In this document: one piece after another, positions 13,591-27,059 of the stretch
Numbering within the stretch: the first letter of the stretch is position 1
Layout: the number at the start of each line of letters is the position of its first letter
From: Cenococcum geophilum
Lineage: Eukaryota
Assembly: GCA_050273025.1 (NCBI GenBank)
Contig: CP158635.1
Location: 2,046,001-2,110,000, forward strand
Direction of reading: 5' to 3'
DNA: 64,000 nt
The notes under the pieces: model-generated
What the model saw: only the letters and a program-made list of their open reading frames with translations
Told to the model about the DNA's origin: nothing
Databases searched by the model: none
Position numbers and translations under genes: made by a program

Positions 13591-14769
13591 CGGTATTTGG
13601 TAGGACGGACTGGAGAGTTTATATACAAATTATAGTAAGGGTTAATAGGGCTAATAATCGCGCCTAGTCTTGCGTCGTTCCCTCTATAGGAAGATTTCGG
13701 AAAGATTCCTTATATTAGATTAGGGCTCCGGCTAGTGACCGGGACTTATACGTCCACGGTTGGCCTACTTATACCATCTTCCCTTTCTTAGGTAAGACCC
13801 GGTTGTAGTACTAAGTTATAGTCCGCCAGGTGGTGGCTCTTATCGCTAGGTCTAGTTATCTCCACACCTAAAATTATATCTTAAGCAACCACCGGAGCGG
13901 TAGAGGGGATATTATAACGGGCTTTTTTGGACCTGTGGCTTTTATTCACAACTAAGCGCCGTCCCCGCTTAAGAGCATTTATTGCCTCTATTATTTAGTA
14001 GTAGATAGATTTGGCAATATCTTTAAAGGGGTCTAGTAAGCCGTCTTTAATTGTCATACTGAGCTCGTTAGCACTTAGCTTGTCCGCGCCTAAGTCGTCC
14101 ACCTTTTTAAACTGCGCATTCTCTACAATACCCAAAAGTTTAAGTTTATTAACTGCCGCCTCGCGGTTGTGACCACTTAGCGGCAGACAAAGCCATCTAG
14201 ATTATTAGTATTTTAACCTTTTTAGATATTCGGGTACTTATAAATTATTGTTTATTAATTCTGGGAGTAGAAATAAGGAACCCTAACTAAGAGATAGTGC
14301 TAGAGTATGCTACCTTCTACTATCTAAAACCCAACTATCTATTTTTTCCTTCACCTCCTTAAGCTCAATCCTAGTGCTATTGGAGACAAGTACGGCTAGT
14401 ACTTCCGTGTCTTTAACTATTTCACGCAGTCCATCGTAGAACACTATGAGGAATCTCCAGTGGATAGAGTCAATGAGAGCATTCTGCTTAATAAGCACAG
14501 TAGCATTATATAGCGCACCTAAGCTAGCACTAATAACTCCCTAAGGTTGTAAGTGGATGATAAAGTCTCTTTATAGTTAGGAGTGGGCGATAGTATTTCC
14601 TTATGGTTGTAACTGGGCTATAGGTATAGTAAAGAGGAAAGTCCAGTTACCGGTCCACCCTATATACTGCTTTCAAATTTTAGGGTTAATACAGAGCTGC
14701 TCTAGCGTTATTTTTAGCAAGTACTAAAATCTTATACCTTTTAAAATCTTAACAATTTGTAGTTCTCTT

Positions 14770-15020
14770 TAAGGGGGGTTTAATGTTAAGCTATCGTTTA
14801 ATAAGGGACCGTTGGCACCAGACAGGAGCTTAGTGACTTGTAATCCATTTTAAGAGGGATTTAATATTAAGCTATCGTTCGATAAAGGATTATTAGCATT
14901 AGATGGAAACTTAGTTATTTATAATCCATTTTAAGAGGGGTTTAATGTTAAGCTGTTGTTTAATAAGGGACCGTTAGCATTAGACGGAAGCTTAGCGGCT
15001 TGTAATTCTTTTTAAGAAGG
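14770..15020. repeat. 81-bp tandem repeat, 3 copies (27 codons)
   Basis: TAAG(A/G)(A/G)GG anchor at 14770, 14851, 14932, 15013. Confidence 0.92.
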
Positions 15021-18000
15021 ATTAGATGCTAAATAATTATTTAAGATAAGAGATCCTAAAGCCTGCTTTGTTTCTAAAGGCAATATCTAGACTAAGGAAG
15101 CAATAAGATCTTTAAACTTATAGAAGAGTTAGCGAATTTGTATAAAGGACACTTAACTAAAGTACCTCTTCGTCCTTTATAGCCTCATCAAATAATAAAT
15201 GCGTAAATTTTTGGAATTTAGGCCTACTAAGGTCAGCGCCTATTGTTAAAGGCCGTTAGTATAAACATAGAAAGGTTGCTAGGAAATGGATATGTCTAGG
15301 GGAAGCTTATACCTTGAGGTCGTTTAGAGGGCGCCACTAAGAGCGCTAATATAGCTATGGCTATATTAGCGTTCTTAGTGGCACGACCCGTAGCCACCAT
15401 CCAATTTAATAATATAGCCCCTTCTCCTAAACGGGAAGGAATATTTATGGCCTCCTTATATAGGCGCTTTTCACGCAAATAATTAAAAAAAATAACAGCA
15501 CTAACGTACTAATACCACCATAGAGAGGCTAGATTTTTAACGCCTTATTAAACTTCTAGAAATAGACTTATAGCGAAAGCCAATACAAGACTCCATAAAA
15601 CCCCTAAGCTGCAACGATTTTTTTGTTAAAGATCCCATGGGCAGGCCTAGCCTGAGTCTCGGTATCGTCTTTATAGCCTCCGCGAACGATCCCTAAAAAC
15701 AAATAGAGTTGCCATTTAAAGGCCATAAGCTGTAAGCTATAGGCATATTAACATTCCCATGTAAATTTAGCGGCAGCTTAGCGTGTGACAAATCCCAATC
15801 TTTCTTCGGCTTTACGGCATAGAGCGCTCCCCGAGAAGAAAGAAGTAATTGCTATGGCAATACCCCTTTATTAGGGAGCTGACGTTGGCTTTTAGGGGAG
15901 GGCAGTTATTAAGAAATCCTTAAATGTATCCAATATCAAATATCATAGCAGGGGGAGGACGGACGCTTAGTAGTATATAGAGCAATTGCGCCCGGCGATC
16001 AAAAACGCACGTTGATTACACAATTGCCCCGTTGCCTTAAGGCCTCACCGATTTTCTTTGCCTTATATTCCTTGCAGATGCACTCTGCTCTAATGTAATT
16101 AGGTAAACTATAGTCTTATTTGCCTTATTTCTACGCCACTTAGACTAATAGGACTTATTTATTAAGATGGACTCTACCTATTCCTTTAATACTACCGCAA
16201 TCATGCTTTCCTTCGCTATTACTACTACTGTAGCTTACGTGCTTATAACAGGTATCAGCATTTATATCCTTTTTTAGAAACACACACCCTTCCACAGCTT
16301 TACTAAGGTTTTTATGGTCATTGCTTATGGGGTACACATTACTTTTACAGTTTCGGCATTTACATTTTTAGAAATCGCCTAAAAGCAGCACGGGACTAGA
16401 TAGAAGTTCAAAAATGTTTCCCTAGTAGTAATAGATTACGCGCTAGAAATAGTAATATTTTTGTCTATAAGTGCGGTGCCTGACCTCCTTCTCTATAGCT
16501 AATATTATTCGTAAATCCTAAAAACTACCATATTACTTAATACTAGCGTAGCAGAAACGTCTGGCTAAGCTATCTCTTATAGGGTTCTAGCCGGATGGTT
16601 ATTTCTTACTATAGTAGAGGTGGCTTTGATATTATTTTCGGCATTTATATAAATAAAAGGTTTTAACTTTAGACTCCAAACGCTGAATTTATTAAAGTGG
16701 AACTCTTAGGATAAAAGCCGAAGTGCGCTGCTTAATATATAGCATTCTTATTATAAAGCAAATTTACCTAATCTACTTCCTAACCTGGGAATGCTAGAAG
16801 TATTTACTTCGCTTAATAAGTAGAGGCGCTAGAATCTAGGGCTAGATATAAGTCATCTCACTATTTCTTATAAGTATTACGATTATTATATCCCTAGTCC
16901 TCCCACTAAAACTTCCAAAGGATAGCTTGGCTATACACTAGGTACTTTTTTTCTAGCTACTCTTATTTAAATCACTAACAGTTATAGGGCAATTTTTGCT
17001 TCGTGTTTATCTTTAACCTTCGCTTCTTACCTTTTATAGTATAGGCCAGATATATTTTATCCTATTTTAGGCCAGGCCAACCAGCCAGCAACCCAAGCCT
17101 AGGAACGACTTATAAACAATCTACTATTTAGGTATATAGATATATTAACGGAAATGGAGACAAACAGATAAGGTTTTACGCTAATAACTCTACATCTTGC
17201 AGCCCATAAACATCTCCTTATCCATTATCGCTAAAACACTAGAACAAAATCTCGGCTTAAAAAGAGTATATAAATCTCCCTCGTTACCTCTTAAGAACTC
17301 AGAGGATATAAGCCACTCTATAGCCCCATTATACACTCCTAACCTATAAACCTAATAAAGGAAAATTGTAACTGGTCGTATTTAGGGCGTCACTATATAA
17401 CCGGGGATAGTGAGAGTGGATTTCGTCTCTATATTATTAATAGATCGTAGTATTACCGGCGCGGTATTGATAGAAATTTCGAGCATAATTCGTACACCCT
17501 ACTAGTAGATTAGATTTCCGTATGCAATTGTTATTAACTCTCCTAAAAAACAAAATCTGTAATACCTCCCTCCTTATTCTTACGCTCCCTAAAGAATATT
17601 TTAATACTAACCGCTATAAGAGGGTTCCGATGGAGATCTATATCTTAAATATATTATAATACTTATAATAAAGGCTGTAAACTAGGCGGAGCGGCAACCT
17701 AAAGAGAATAAAGATTATCAATCTCGTAAGAAGTAGTTTAGAGACTTTGCGAATAACGTTGCGATAAAGGTTACTCAATAATATCTAGTTAGGCTATATC
17801 TTAGTACGGTATTCAATGATATTGCTTACGTAAGTATTTAATTATCTGGTTATTATTTATGCATACTAAGTCAATATCTCATCTTTATATTCTTAAGGTT
17901 AAGATGGATGGATATATCCTTTAGAGGGACTAGTTAGAAAAACTAAGGACTTAGAAATAGAGGCAAGTTACAATGTTACTTACAGGCATATAACTTATTA

Positions 18001-18783
18001 GCGGGTAGATAATAGGAGATGGTTAACAATCTGCATCCTAACTAAAGGTTAGAAACTTAAGTCTACTTCTCTATAGTTATTATAGAATTTTCTTAGTTTT
18101 ATGTATATAAGTTTATTAGCGCGCTAAATTTGTAGGGATTAAGCAAATTCTTAAAGTATATAGTTCCTAAGCGCAATATAAATCCTTTACGTGGTCTTAA
18201 AATTAATCTAGTAGAGAATCTAAAGGCAGTCGTTATACAATATATACCCTATAGGAATTACCCTACTACAGACTTCGAGACAAGCGGCTGTAAACCGTAT
18301 ATATTTACAGCCAGCCACCTTGATTTAGGTAAACACGTCCGATTAGGTAGCTAACTATAACACAGACAATAAACGCTAACTTAAATATAACATTCCTTCT
18401 TCTGTATCTACCCCTTATCCAATACTATGGGTCATAGCCTAAGAAATAGTAGGTGTAAGCCCATTTCCTCCCCCTCCGTCAGTCTCTCTCCGTCGGGACC
18501 TCATCTAACAGATCTGCGGGAGATCCTTAATAATAGATAATATAAGCCTCTTTTATAACCCCCTATACCTAACAAGCCTTTAGCGTAACTACTTAATGCT
18601 AACAATGCCTTATAGAGAGCTAGTTGGGTTCTTCCTTATATTGACCTTAACTTTTACTCCCCTTTAAATTAAAATATATCTTATTATATAGCAAATCATT
18701 TATCCATATCTCCCGATTTCTAGACAAGTTGACACTTTTAGTACTAGCTACTTATAGGACTAATTCTAATGCGGAAAGTTCTA

Positions 18784-19210
18784 TGCAGATTTAAGGATTG
18801 CTAAAAGACGATTAAGTCAACTTCTAATAACCTCTATCGCTATAAAAGAAACGCCTACGGAATACACGGCGGCCACAATGCTTACCTCTGCCCAGATTTA
18901 CATTATAAGAAATCTTAAGAAGGCAACGGATTCACTAAGTAAAACAAATTAAGAGACCATATAAGAAGAAAACACTCTCAAAATCCGTATTTAACCCTAA
19001 ACCAAATACTAGGGGTTCAATGCGGATTTAAGGATTGCTAGGAGACTATATTAACTTCTAGTAACCTCTATTGCTATAAAAGAAACGCCCATAGAATGCA
19101 CGGCAGCTACAACCCTTACCTCTACCTATATTCAAATTGTAAGAAATCCCAAAAAGGCAACAGATTTACTAAGAGGTACAAATTAAAAAACTATATAAGA
19201 CGACACACTT
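18784..19210 (+). pseudogene. two duplicated pairs of C2H2 zinc fingers (237-bp spacing), RIP-degraded
   Basis: Copy 1: CRFKDC*KTIKSTSNNLYRYKRNAY...YLCPDLHYKKS*EGNGFTK*NKLRDHIRRKH. Copy 2: CGFKDC*ETILTSSNLYCYKRNAH...SNCKKSQKGNRFTKRYKLKNYIRRH. The His->Tyr and Cys->Tyr changes are those RIP produces. Confidence 0.75.
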
Positions 19211-21159
19211 AAAACCTAGATTTAGCCCCGAATAATATCGCGGCGCCCCTTTAGACGAACCTGGATTTAGTAGAGTTAAGTTCCAATTTTCAACTAGGTT
19301 TATTTATAGGTATATTTATAACCCTCCTTAGTTTGCTAATACGTGTGAATTTCTAATTATACGTAATTCAGGATACGGGCCCGATTTTCTATTTACCCCG
19401 CCCCCTACTCCCTCCCTTATAGCTTCGGCCGGTATTCCTTCTTCTATTAACTAAGCGCAATTATATATTGGAAGGCATTCACAATCCTCTATAACAATTA
19501 CTAAATATCTTATAAATCCCTAGTCTAAATAAGCTAATATAGGAACTAAGACTAAGGTAAGAAGTTAAATAAATCTAGCTAATAGGCCACTAAGACGTCA
19601 ACACCGCTACTATTAGATCCCCCCTAGAGCAGACCGTCTCTTTTACTGCCTATATTAGCCTAAATATAAGTACAGACCTACTCCGGATAAGAGAAAGTTT
19701 AAGTAAGTATAGAGCTACCCCTTATTAGTAGTTTATCTAATTTAGTGTTAAGAGAGTATATAGACCGGCATATAAGAGCCTTTAAATGCGGGCATCTAAA
19801 ATGTATATAGTCATTTAGGTGCGCTAGCAGTCGCATAGAATACAAAATTGTAATTCATCCTATATATAGCGGCCCATATATAGATTCCCACCCACCCCCG
19901 ATTAGCAAACGATTAGTAGAAGGGCTTACAGCTACGGAAATTTTAGGCGGACGTATTAGTGTTATATATCGGAATACGGCAGCCTATGCCACTTATATTG
20001 TACAAAACTATTTCTAAAATAAACTAAATAGTTCGGGTTTTAAAGGGTGGTGCACAACAGTACCGGTCCTAGAAATGGTAGAATTTGATACTAAGCAAAT
20101 CAAATTTAAGGATTTAAACCAGTTTTGTCCTGTAGCGCCTCTATAGGATCCAATAAGGCGGGATCCTAATTCTCAGTTAGCGACGAATAATTTGGTACGG
20201 CCCTATGAATATACCTTAAGTAATAATTCCATTATGGCCGGTATATCTACAACCATTATACACTTACTAAGGTGGCCAGTATTAATAATATATAAGTTAG
20301 TAGATCCGCATAACTATTCTACCCTTAATAAACCTGTACAGTTACCTACTTCTAAAGCCTTATATGATAAAAAGCAAGTACTATTAGGCCGCGATTCGCA
20401 GACTTTATCAACAATTAACAGCCTCAGTATACCAGGAATATTTCCGGGCCTTAAGCGGTCAATTCTAGAGCCAAAGGAGTCTAAAAAATTGCAGGATATA
20501 GTCCTTCAGTTAGCTACCCCTCTATTATTAGATATACCAAGCTGTCCAAATATACAGTTAGAGATCATTCAAGCTTATCTACTTTAATCACCTATATATT
20601 AAGATATAAAAAAGCAAGATATATAAGAATGCAGAGAGAAGCATAATAGCGACCAAGTATATATTAAACCTCCCAATACTATTACTAGCTTAGTACGTCT
20701 ATCCCCTTCCTAGTATATCTAGTGCTATCTACTAACACCTATATATAGACAACAGCGCCGCCTAGTAGTACGAACTTCGGCCTATAGGGTAATATAATTA
20801 CAGGTATTTATAATATGTGGCCTGTTATAGGAGTTCCCTAAATAATTAATAGGATGGCAAATTATCTGTCTTAAACTCTAAATAATCCTAAGGTCTGCCT
20901 ACGCGCACTAATAGCCCTAATGCCGCCTACCTTTTCTCAATCGTCTACCTCTATGCACTTAGCTAGAATAGAAAGTATAGATAACAGCCCTAAAGATTAC
21001 TTAATTAAAGATTCTAGCAATAACAATATAAATCTAGGGTGGGACTTTTTAGCTTCGGCACTTATGGAGATAATAGATAATAATAGCGCGTGGCAGCCTC
21101 TAATATACGGAACTTTTACTAATTTAGAGGAGACACTGCAACAATCTCTCAATTCAGGT

Positions 21160-21760
21160 TATCTATTAACACTAATGCTAAAGACAAACGACAAATATAT
21201 TAGAGAGACCCAAAGCGAGGTTTAGGAGTCCTATATAGCACATCCAGAGTTAGTAGAGCATCAACCACTTCAGAATAAGACCCTTTAAATAGCTAGCCCT
21301 TCATCCTTAGAAATATTCAGCAATTTACTTATTTGGTTGGGTATAATAACCAAACAGATAGAACTATAGCAAATCCTCCCAGCAACTCCTAATAGTTCTT
21401 TAGAAATGTATAAAGGCTATCTATTTATACCTCTTATATAGCAGGAAAGGACCTCTCCTATAGATAGCGATAACACTCCTACTTTGGACCTATCTACGCC
21501 AGCTCCACAAATAAATTGTAATATCTATTATAAGAGCTACGCTAGTAGGTCAAACATGCTTTGACATAGACGATCTTATAAGTTCGGCTTTATATTACGA
21601 TTCTTTTTTATTTCTAATATATCTAGATATATTAAATTCAAAACATAACTGCCAAAAATGCAATAAAAACTTTTCATAAGCGGACACTTTTACTAAGCAC
21701 CTGCAAACTTATATAAATAGAGCCCTCGAATTCCTAGAAGCGCCTAATAGAGATTTACGC
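21160..21760 (+). pseudogene. Ser/Thr/Pro-rich segment plus intron-split C2H2 zinc-finger pair (copy 1)
   Basis: INCNIYYKSYASRSNML*HRRSY, degenerate intron, then NCQKCNKNFS*ADTFTKHLQTY. Confidence 0.7.
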
Positions 21761-22614
21761 AGTTAAAAAGCCTGTTCTAATTACTAGGCTTCTAAAGTAA
21801 AATATAATAGGAGACACGCTTATTATATAAGAAAGAGATAGTCTGGTAGTACGGCGGCATCTAGGAGGATAATATAATAGCGGTGTTTACTGTTAGTCGT
21901 CTAAATAGTTAAGGATTTTAACTATAGAGTGTCAACCTAGATTAGATTCCCTTATTACTATTGTACTACTGTCTATCGACCCAGATCATATTTACATACA
22001 CTTTATCTTAGTTATCTCTTAACTTATAACTAAATGTCTTATTAAATATCTCTATCCCTTCCCCTCTACGAAGTTCAATGAGTTAGGATTCCAATTCTCA
22101 GCTAACGACGAGTAATTCAGCGTGGCCTTCCGTATATATCTCGAATACCCATCACATTATTGCCGGTATGTCTATAACTCTCCCTAGCTTAGTAATATAT
22201 AGCGGGCATTAATAAGACATAAGTTATTAGATCCGCGCGCGCACTTTATACCCCCTCCTAACAACCCATACATTAAAGGTCAGGCACTATTAGGCAATAG
22301 ACAGCACTGTTAGGCCTTCAAAACAACCACTAGCTACACTACAGATCTCTACGACCCCAATACGCAATAGACATACCCTAAAAGTGACATTAACATCATA
22401 AATACAGTTCTTATAAATAAACTTATAAATAAAGGTGGCTCTACCTATGCCTTTGACGTGGCCTACCTCTATCAAATATATCTAGTCTCATTTAATCTAC
22501 TATTATTACCACACCTACTATTTTTACTAAATGCTAATATAATTTATCTACAGAGCTTATACTACTTCAATCGCTGCTTAAACAAAGTAGGAATATATCC
22601 CAGCTTATTGCAAA

Positions 22615-23200
22615 ACTGTTAATATCAATGCCAAAGATAAATAACACATTGGAGAGATTTAAAGCGAGATTTAAATGTGCTATATAGCGCATCTAGAGTT
22701 AATAAAGCGTTAACCACTTTAGAATAAGATCCTTTAGGTGGCTAGCCCTTCGTCCTCAAAAATATTCAACAATTTACTTACTTAGTTGGGTACAAAGACT
22801 GGGTAGATAGAACCACTACAAACCCTCCTAACAACTCCTAATAGTTCTTTAGGAATGCACGGAGGTTATTTATTCGCACTGCCCATACAGCAGAAAAAGA
22901 CCTCTCCTACAAATAGCAACAGCACTCCCGCTTCGGAACTATCCACACTAGCCCTATAAGCAAATTGTGATATATGTTTAAGGAGCTACGCTAAAAGGCA
23001 AGACATGCTTCGATATAAACGGACTCGTAAGTTCGGCTTTATACTACGACCTTTTTTTTTCTAATACCTCTAGATATGCTAAATTCCAAATTTAAGGGCT
23101 TAAAATGCGCTAAAGACTTTTCACGAGCGGAAAATCTCAATAGGCACCTGCAAGTTCATAGGATAGAAGTCGCCAAATCCCTATAAGCACCTAATTAGAC
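22615..23200 (+). pseudogene. Ser/Thr/Pro-rich segment plus intron-split C2H2 zinc-finger pair (copy 2; diverged direct repeat of 21160-21760)
   Basis: ANCDICLRSYAKRQDMLRYKRT, intron GTAAGT...CTAAT...TAG, then KCAKDFSRAENLNRHLQVH. Shares nucleotide blocks such as CAACAATTTACTTA and CAACTCCTAATAGTTCTTTAG with copy 1. Confidence 0.75.
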
Positions 23201-24369
23201 AACTTCGACCGGCGGTCGAAGTTCCTTAAAATCTCTTTAACCACCTATATAGAAAATAAGCAATACACAGAGTTTTAGCTCCATAACCTCAATTCAACAC
23301 TACTACCCTATATCTCACCACCTTAATTATATCTCACTACCTGTTTCTATTACCTGTACCTACCTTATATATAATTATTTATTACTTAACATCCGATTCG
23401 GATCCCTATTAGGCTTACGTAAACTAAACCTTATATATATAGATAGCTTCTAAAGCCGGCTTTAATCGACAGAGTTCTTATTCTTAATCGCCCTATCCGA
23501 CACTTAATAATCTCTTATTAATTCCAAAAGCGCAAAGTTAGAACATGCGGATTTACAAAGTAAGCCTTCTTTATAACGAGCAGAGCTGATTTTATTTTGC
23601 TATAACGCTGTAACCTCCACCAATTTGACTTTAAATTGCGTAAATAAACCCTTATTTATATAAATTGGAGCTATTATAGCGAACGCGTATGCCTATACGC
23701 AAGGGCCTTTTTAGTTGCCCTAGAGAATCGCCATAGTTGCCCTAGAGAATCGCCTAGGTTGGCCAGGAGAATTAAATTAAAGATATACGCTTCCCCCTTA
23801 ACTACGCCCCCGTTATTGCCGCCAAAACAGGAATATAACGCTATCTCTGCAATTACTAACGAAATTTAGCAATATCGTACGGGCGGAAACCTTACGATAT
23901 TTAACAAAGATTACGACACTACGGAGGAAAGCCAATCGCGAAGTCTGCTAGAAGTAAAGTTCTTATAGCTTAAAGTACTATAGGAGAAAGTTCTATTCCT
24001 AAATCATTTAGGCCTAAGCTTACCACACGCTATATATTTGGGGGTAATCTCTACTTCTCTTTCTTTTTTAAAGATTCGCCGTCGATCTCCTTTTACTACT
24101 TTTATTAATGGCATTTCGTGGGGTCAATCTAAGCCCCTTCTATATTCCACTCTTATCTACCAAAGCCATAAGTGTTTTTCTGTCTTCCTTCTTAAGCGCC
24201 TCTCTAAGCTTTCAAAACCTTATAATATACTTAATAAACTTACTAAGATTCCTTTTATAATAAGATCAAAGTTTATAGAACATTAGGTTAATTATAGGCT
24301 CCTTAGTAGGCTTCTAGTATAAAACTACCACTTTATTTATAATGTGAACCAAGCAATACCTTAAATCCT

Positions 24370-26700
24370 TATTGCTCTTCGCGGCTCTAATACTCGTCAG
24401 CCTAGGCTTCCACTCCACCCAGTATTTAAGTGCACCGTTTTCGGTTACGCCTTCCAAAATTTAGTTTAGTCTTCTTAGGAATCTAGTAGGCTATTTATCT
24501 TCTCTTTCACAATCTAAGCTGTCATTAGAAATATCCGCAAAGTAAGCTTTATCATCACCTACTTAGCCGTTAGTATAATCAAAAGATCTATAATTATTTA
24601 GCTATCTTACTAAGAGGCATTAGAGAAACGTACTCAATACTAGCGACTGTATTCGCGGGGTCAGACAAGCCTATTATTGGGTAAGAAATTCCCACCTATC
24701 CGGGACCGGACGGCTACGAGTAGTCCTTAACTAGAGAAAGCATGGCTAGCGAGAGCTTAGGGCCAGAATAAAAGAATTAAGAATTATAAGTGCTATAGAG
24801 CAAAAAAATACTACGCGATAACGCCCTTTATACCCTCACGCCTAGAACTAACGCCAGAAGTATAGCTCTAATCTAAAAATATCAAACCATGCAAGCTGCT
24901 TCGCCGCAACACTAAGTCATATTAATAGTTATAGGATAATCTTTTTACCGCCCGTAACCTCTGGGTATTTAAGTGGCTAATACCTCTACCAGTATCTAGT
25001 GTCTAAGGCCCTTCTTATAATATCAAGTAAGTCCCCTATTTAATTCTAAGCGTAAAGCTTAGCTTAATTGGATCATCAGCTTTAAACAATAATCAACTAT
25101 TAGGGCTACCCCTAAACACTAGTATGTAGAACCCCTTATCCGGTTCCAAATAGAGTAAAAACTATATTCCTAAACTTCTTCTTAGTTACGTCAAAGCTGG
25201 CCGAATACGCCGCAGCTTTATCTCCTAACTCCTTACTTACGCTACATGCCTTAGAAACCGTAGCACAGCGCTTAGAAAGCGGCATTGCTTTTACCTACGT
25301 TATATAGATTTAGGCAGAGACCACTTATAATCCAATAAGCAATAATAGCTAAGCACTACTCACAAAGCCAGAGACCGATGCGTTAGTTCTTCCGCACTAA
25401 TATAATACATTTTAGTTAGATATTCATATTTAGTATAGCATAAAAGTATTGCATTATTATAAACGGATCAAAATCGTCTCCAGAAATGATTAAAGCTAAT
25501 AGTCTGCTTAGAAATAACTATAGCGAACATTACTAGCAAAAAATAGTATTTTAACATCACAACCGTATAAAAAGTACTGCGATCTTAAAATAGTATATTA
25601 TAGACCTTTTTAACTTCTAAAATCTATTCTACGCAGCAGCACTGTTGTTTAATCTTATAAAACAAGCCGTTCGAGCGCTACTATACAAACCTATAGCGAG
25701 CATATAGACATCTCTTTAAAGCAACAGAAATCTACCACACTAGTTAGCACCGCACTACCTACTATTATTGCCTCTACCTCCGCCTCCTATATATCTTATT
25801 TATAGGCAAGGCCTTTACCTAAAAGCTAGTATACTAAGGAAATCAAATACCGCTATATTGTATACAGCGCCACAATAGTCATAAAGGACTTCCGCTTTAT
25901 ACCAGTAAGGGTCTCCTTCTTCTATAAATTTTACCATCGCGTACACAATTTGGTCTTGTAGGTAGACTATAAGTCTATTAACCTTTATCTTGGTTAGTCT
26001 AAGTTCCTATAAGTAATGCCAATCTTAAAGGCGAATAACATATAGTAGAACTTGGCATTGAATGTAGTTCATTCTATAGTGATCGAGCAAACAGTCTCCA
26101 TAATAGGTATAGTCCTAACAATTCGCTCTCCATATTTCGTCTCCAAAGCTATATTTCTTCTTGCAAGAAGCACACAAATCTTCAAATTTTATCTAGTCTA
26201 ACGGATAGGCACCATAACTACTAAGTGCCACAGCACCCATCTACTTTCTCCCGTTATAGACAGCTTTGCTATTAAGACTGCAAATAGCTCTGTCCTTGCT
26301 TTCCTCATCTATATTATAAAATATTTTTATATAAGCTGTTTTTATAAGCGCGAATATCAATAGTGCTCGCTGTTGGTCATCAATATAATTAAGAATTTCA
26401 ATTATAGAGTTAATTTCCCCATAGTATTCTGTAAGGACCTTCCGAGCTTAGTCGTAGTCCATATAGGGAAGTGATCTTAAAAGTGCTTATTTGTCTATAC
26501 TCTTAAATAATTTCTCGCGATCGTCATATAGTATTTCTTTAAGGAAAGCTCGGCAGATATGCGAATTTATTAACTAGCTTATATATTGCTGATACATCAC
26601 AATACGCGTATTGTGGTCGCCATTAATAAAACAGTTTACTTCATTGATATCAATAGATATATTAGGCCGAAGAAGTATATCGTCATCCCAAAATAAAAAC
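24370..26700 (-). pseudogene. RIP-degraded gene(s) with a RING-like Cys/His motif and a chromodomain-like motif
   Basis: About 26175-26050: LCASCKKKYSFGDEIWRANC*DYTYYGDCLLDHYRMNYIQCQ (de-RIP C-x2-C...C-x2-H-x2-H-x2-C...C). About 24480-24390: LN*ILEGVTENGALKYWVEWKP. Exon structure not resolved. Confidence 0.45.
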
Positions 26701-27059
26701 ATATTTAAATAATAAGTGGTTACAATAAAGAACTAGCTTTAGCTTTTTTATAGTAAGATTTATAGCGCTTAATAAAGTAGGTTTGTAAGGGGTGATTTTA
26801 GTAAGGGGGTCACCTTCTTAAGGGAGACCCTTTTTAGTAGAAGCAATTACTAGATCTTACCTACCTCGCTAGTTTATCTAATTACTAAAAGTATATTTTG
26901 CACCTAAGCCGAAAGCAATCAGTTAGGTTGCCAGATAATAAATACTAAAAATATCTTTCTTTCTTCAACGCCGATGCCAGTCGAGGGATACTAAAACTAT
27001 TATAGCCAGCAAAAATATCCCGTTACCTTCTCTAAATCTTCTAACCTTTACTTTAGGGC

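Larger units (their letters stand above)
13230..15900 (-). pseudogene. RIP-degraded gene of unknown function with two in-frame tandem repeat arrays
   Basis: Minus-strand reading continues across stops (LIDSIHWRFLIVFYDGLRE...WVLDSRR*HTLALSLS*GSLFLLP). Both internal repeat units are multiples of 3. Boundaries approximate. Confidence 0.5.

Noticed and set aside
17640..17830. Dynamin GED-like phrase FRDFANNVAIKVTQ*YLV
   Set aside because: Too short, and no GTPase motifs were found nearby.
23714..23756. 22-bp direct repeat GTTGCCCTAGAGAATCGCC, and the 20-bp repeats at 10-60
   Set aside because: Only two to three copies with no associated structure; probably slippage.
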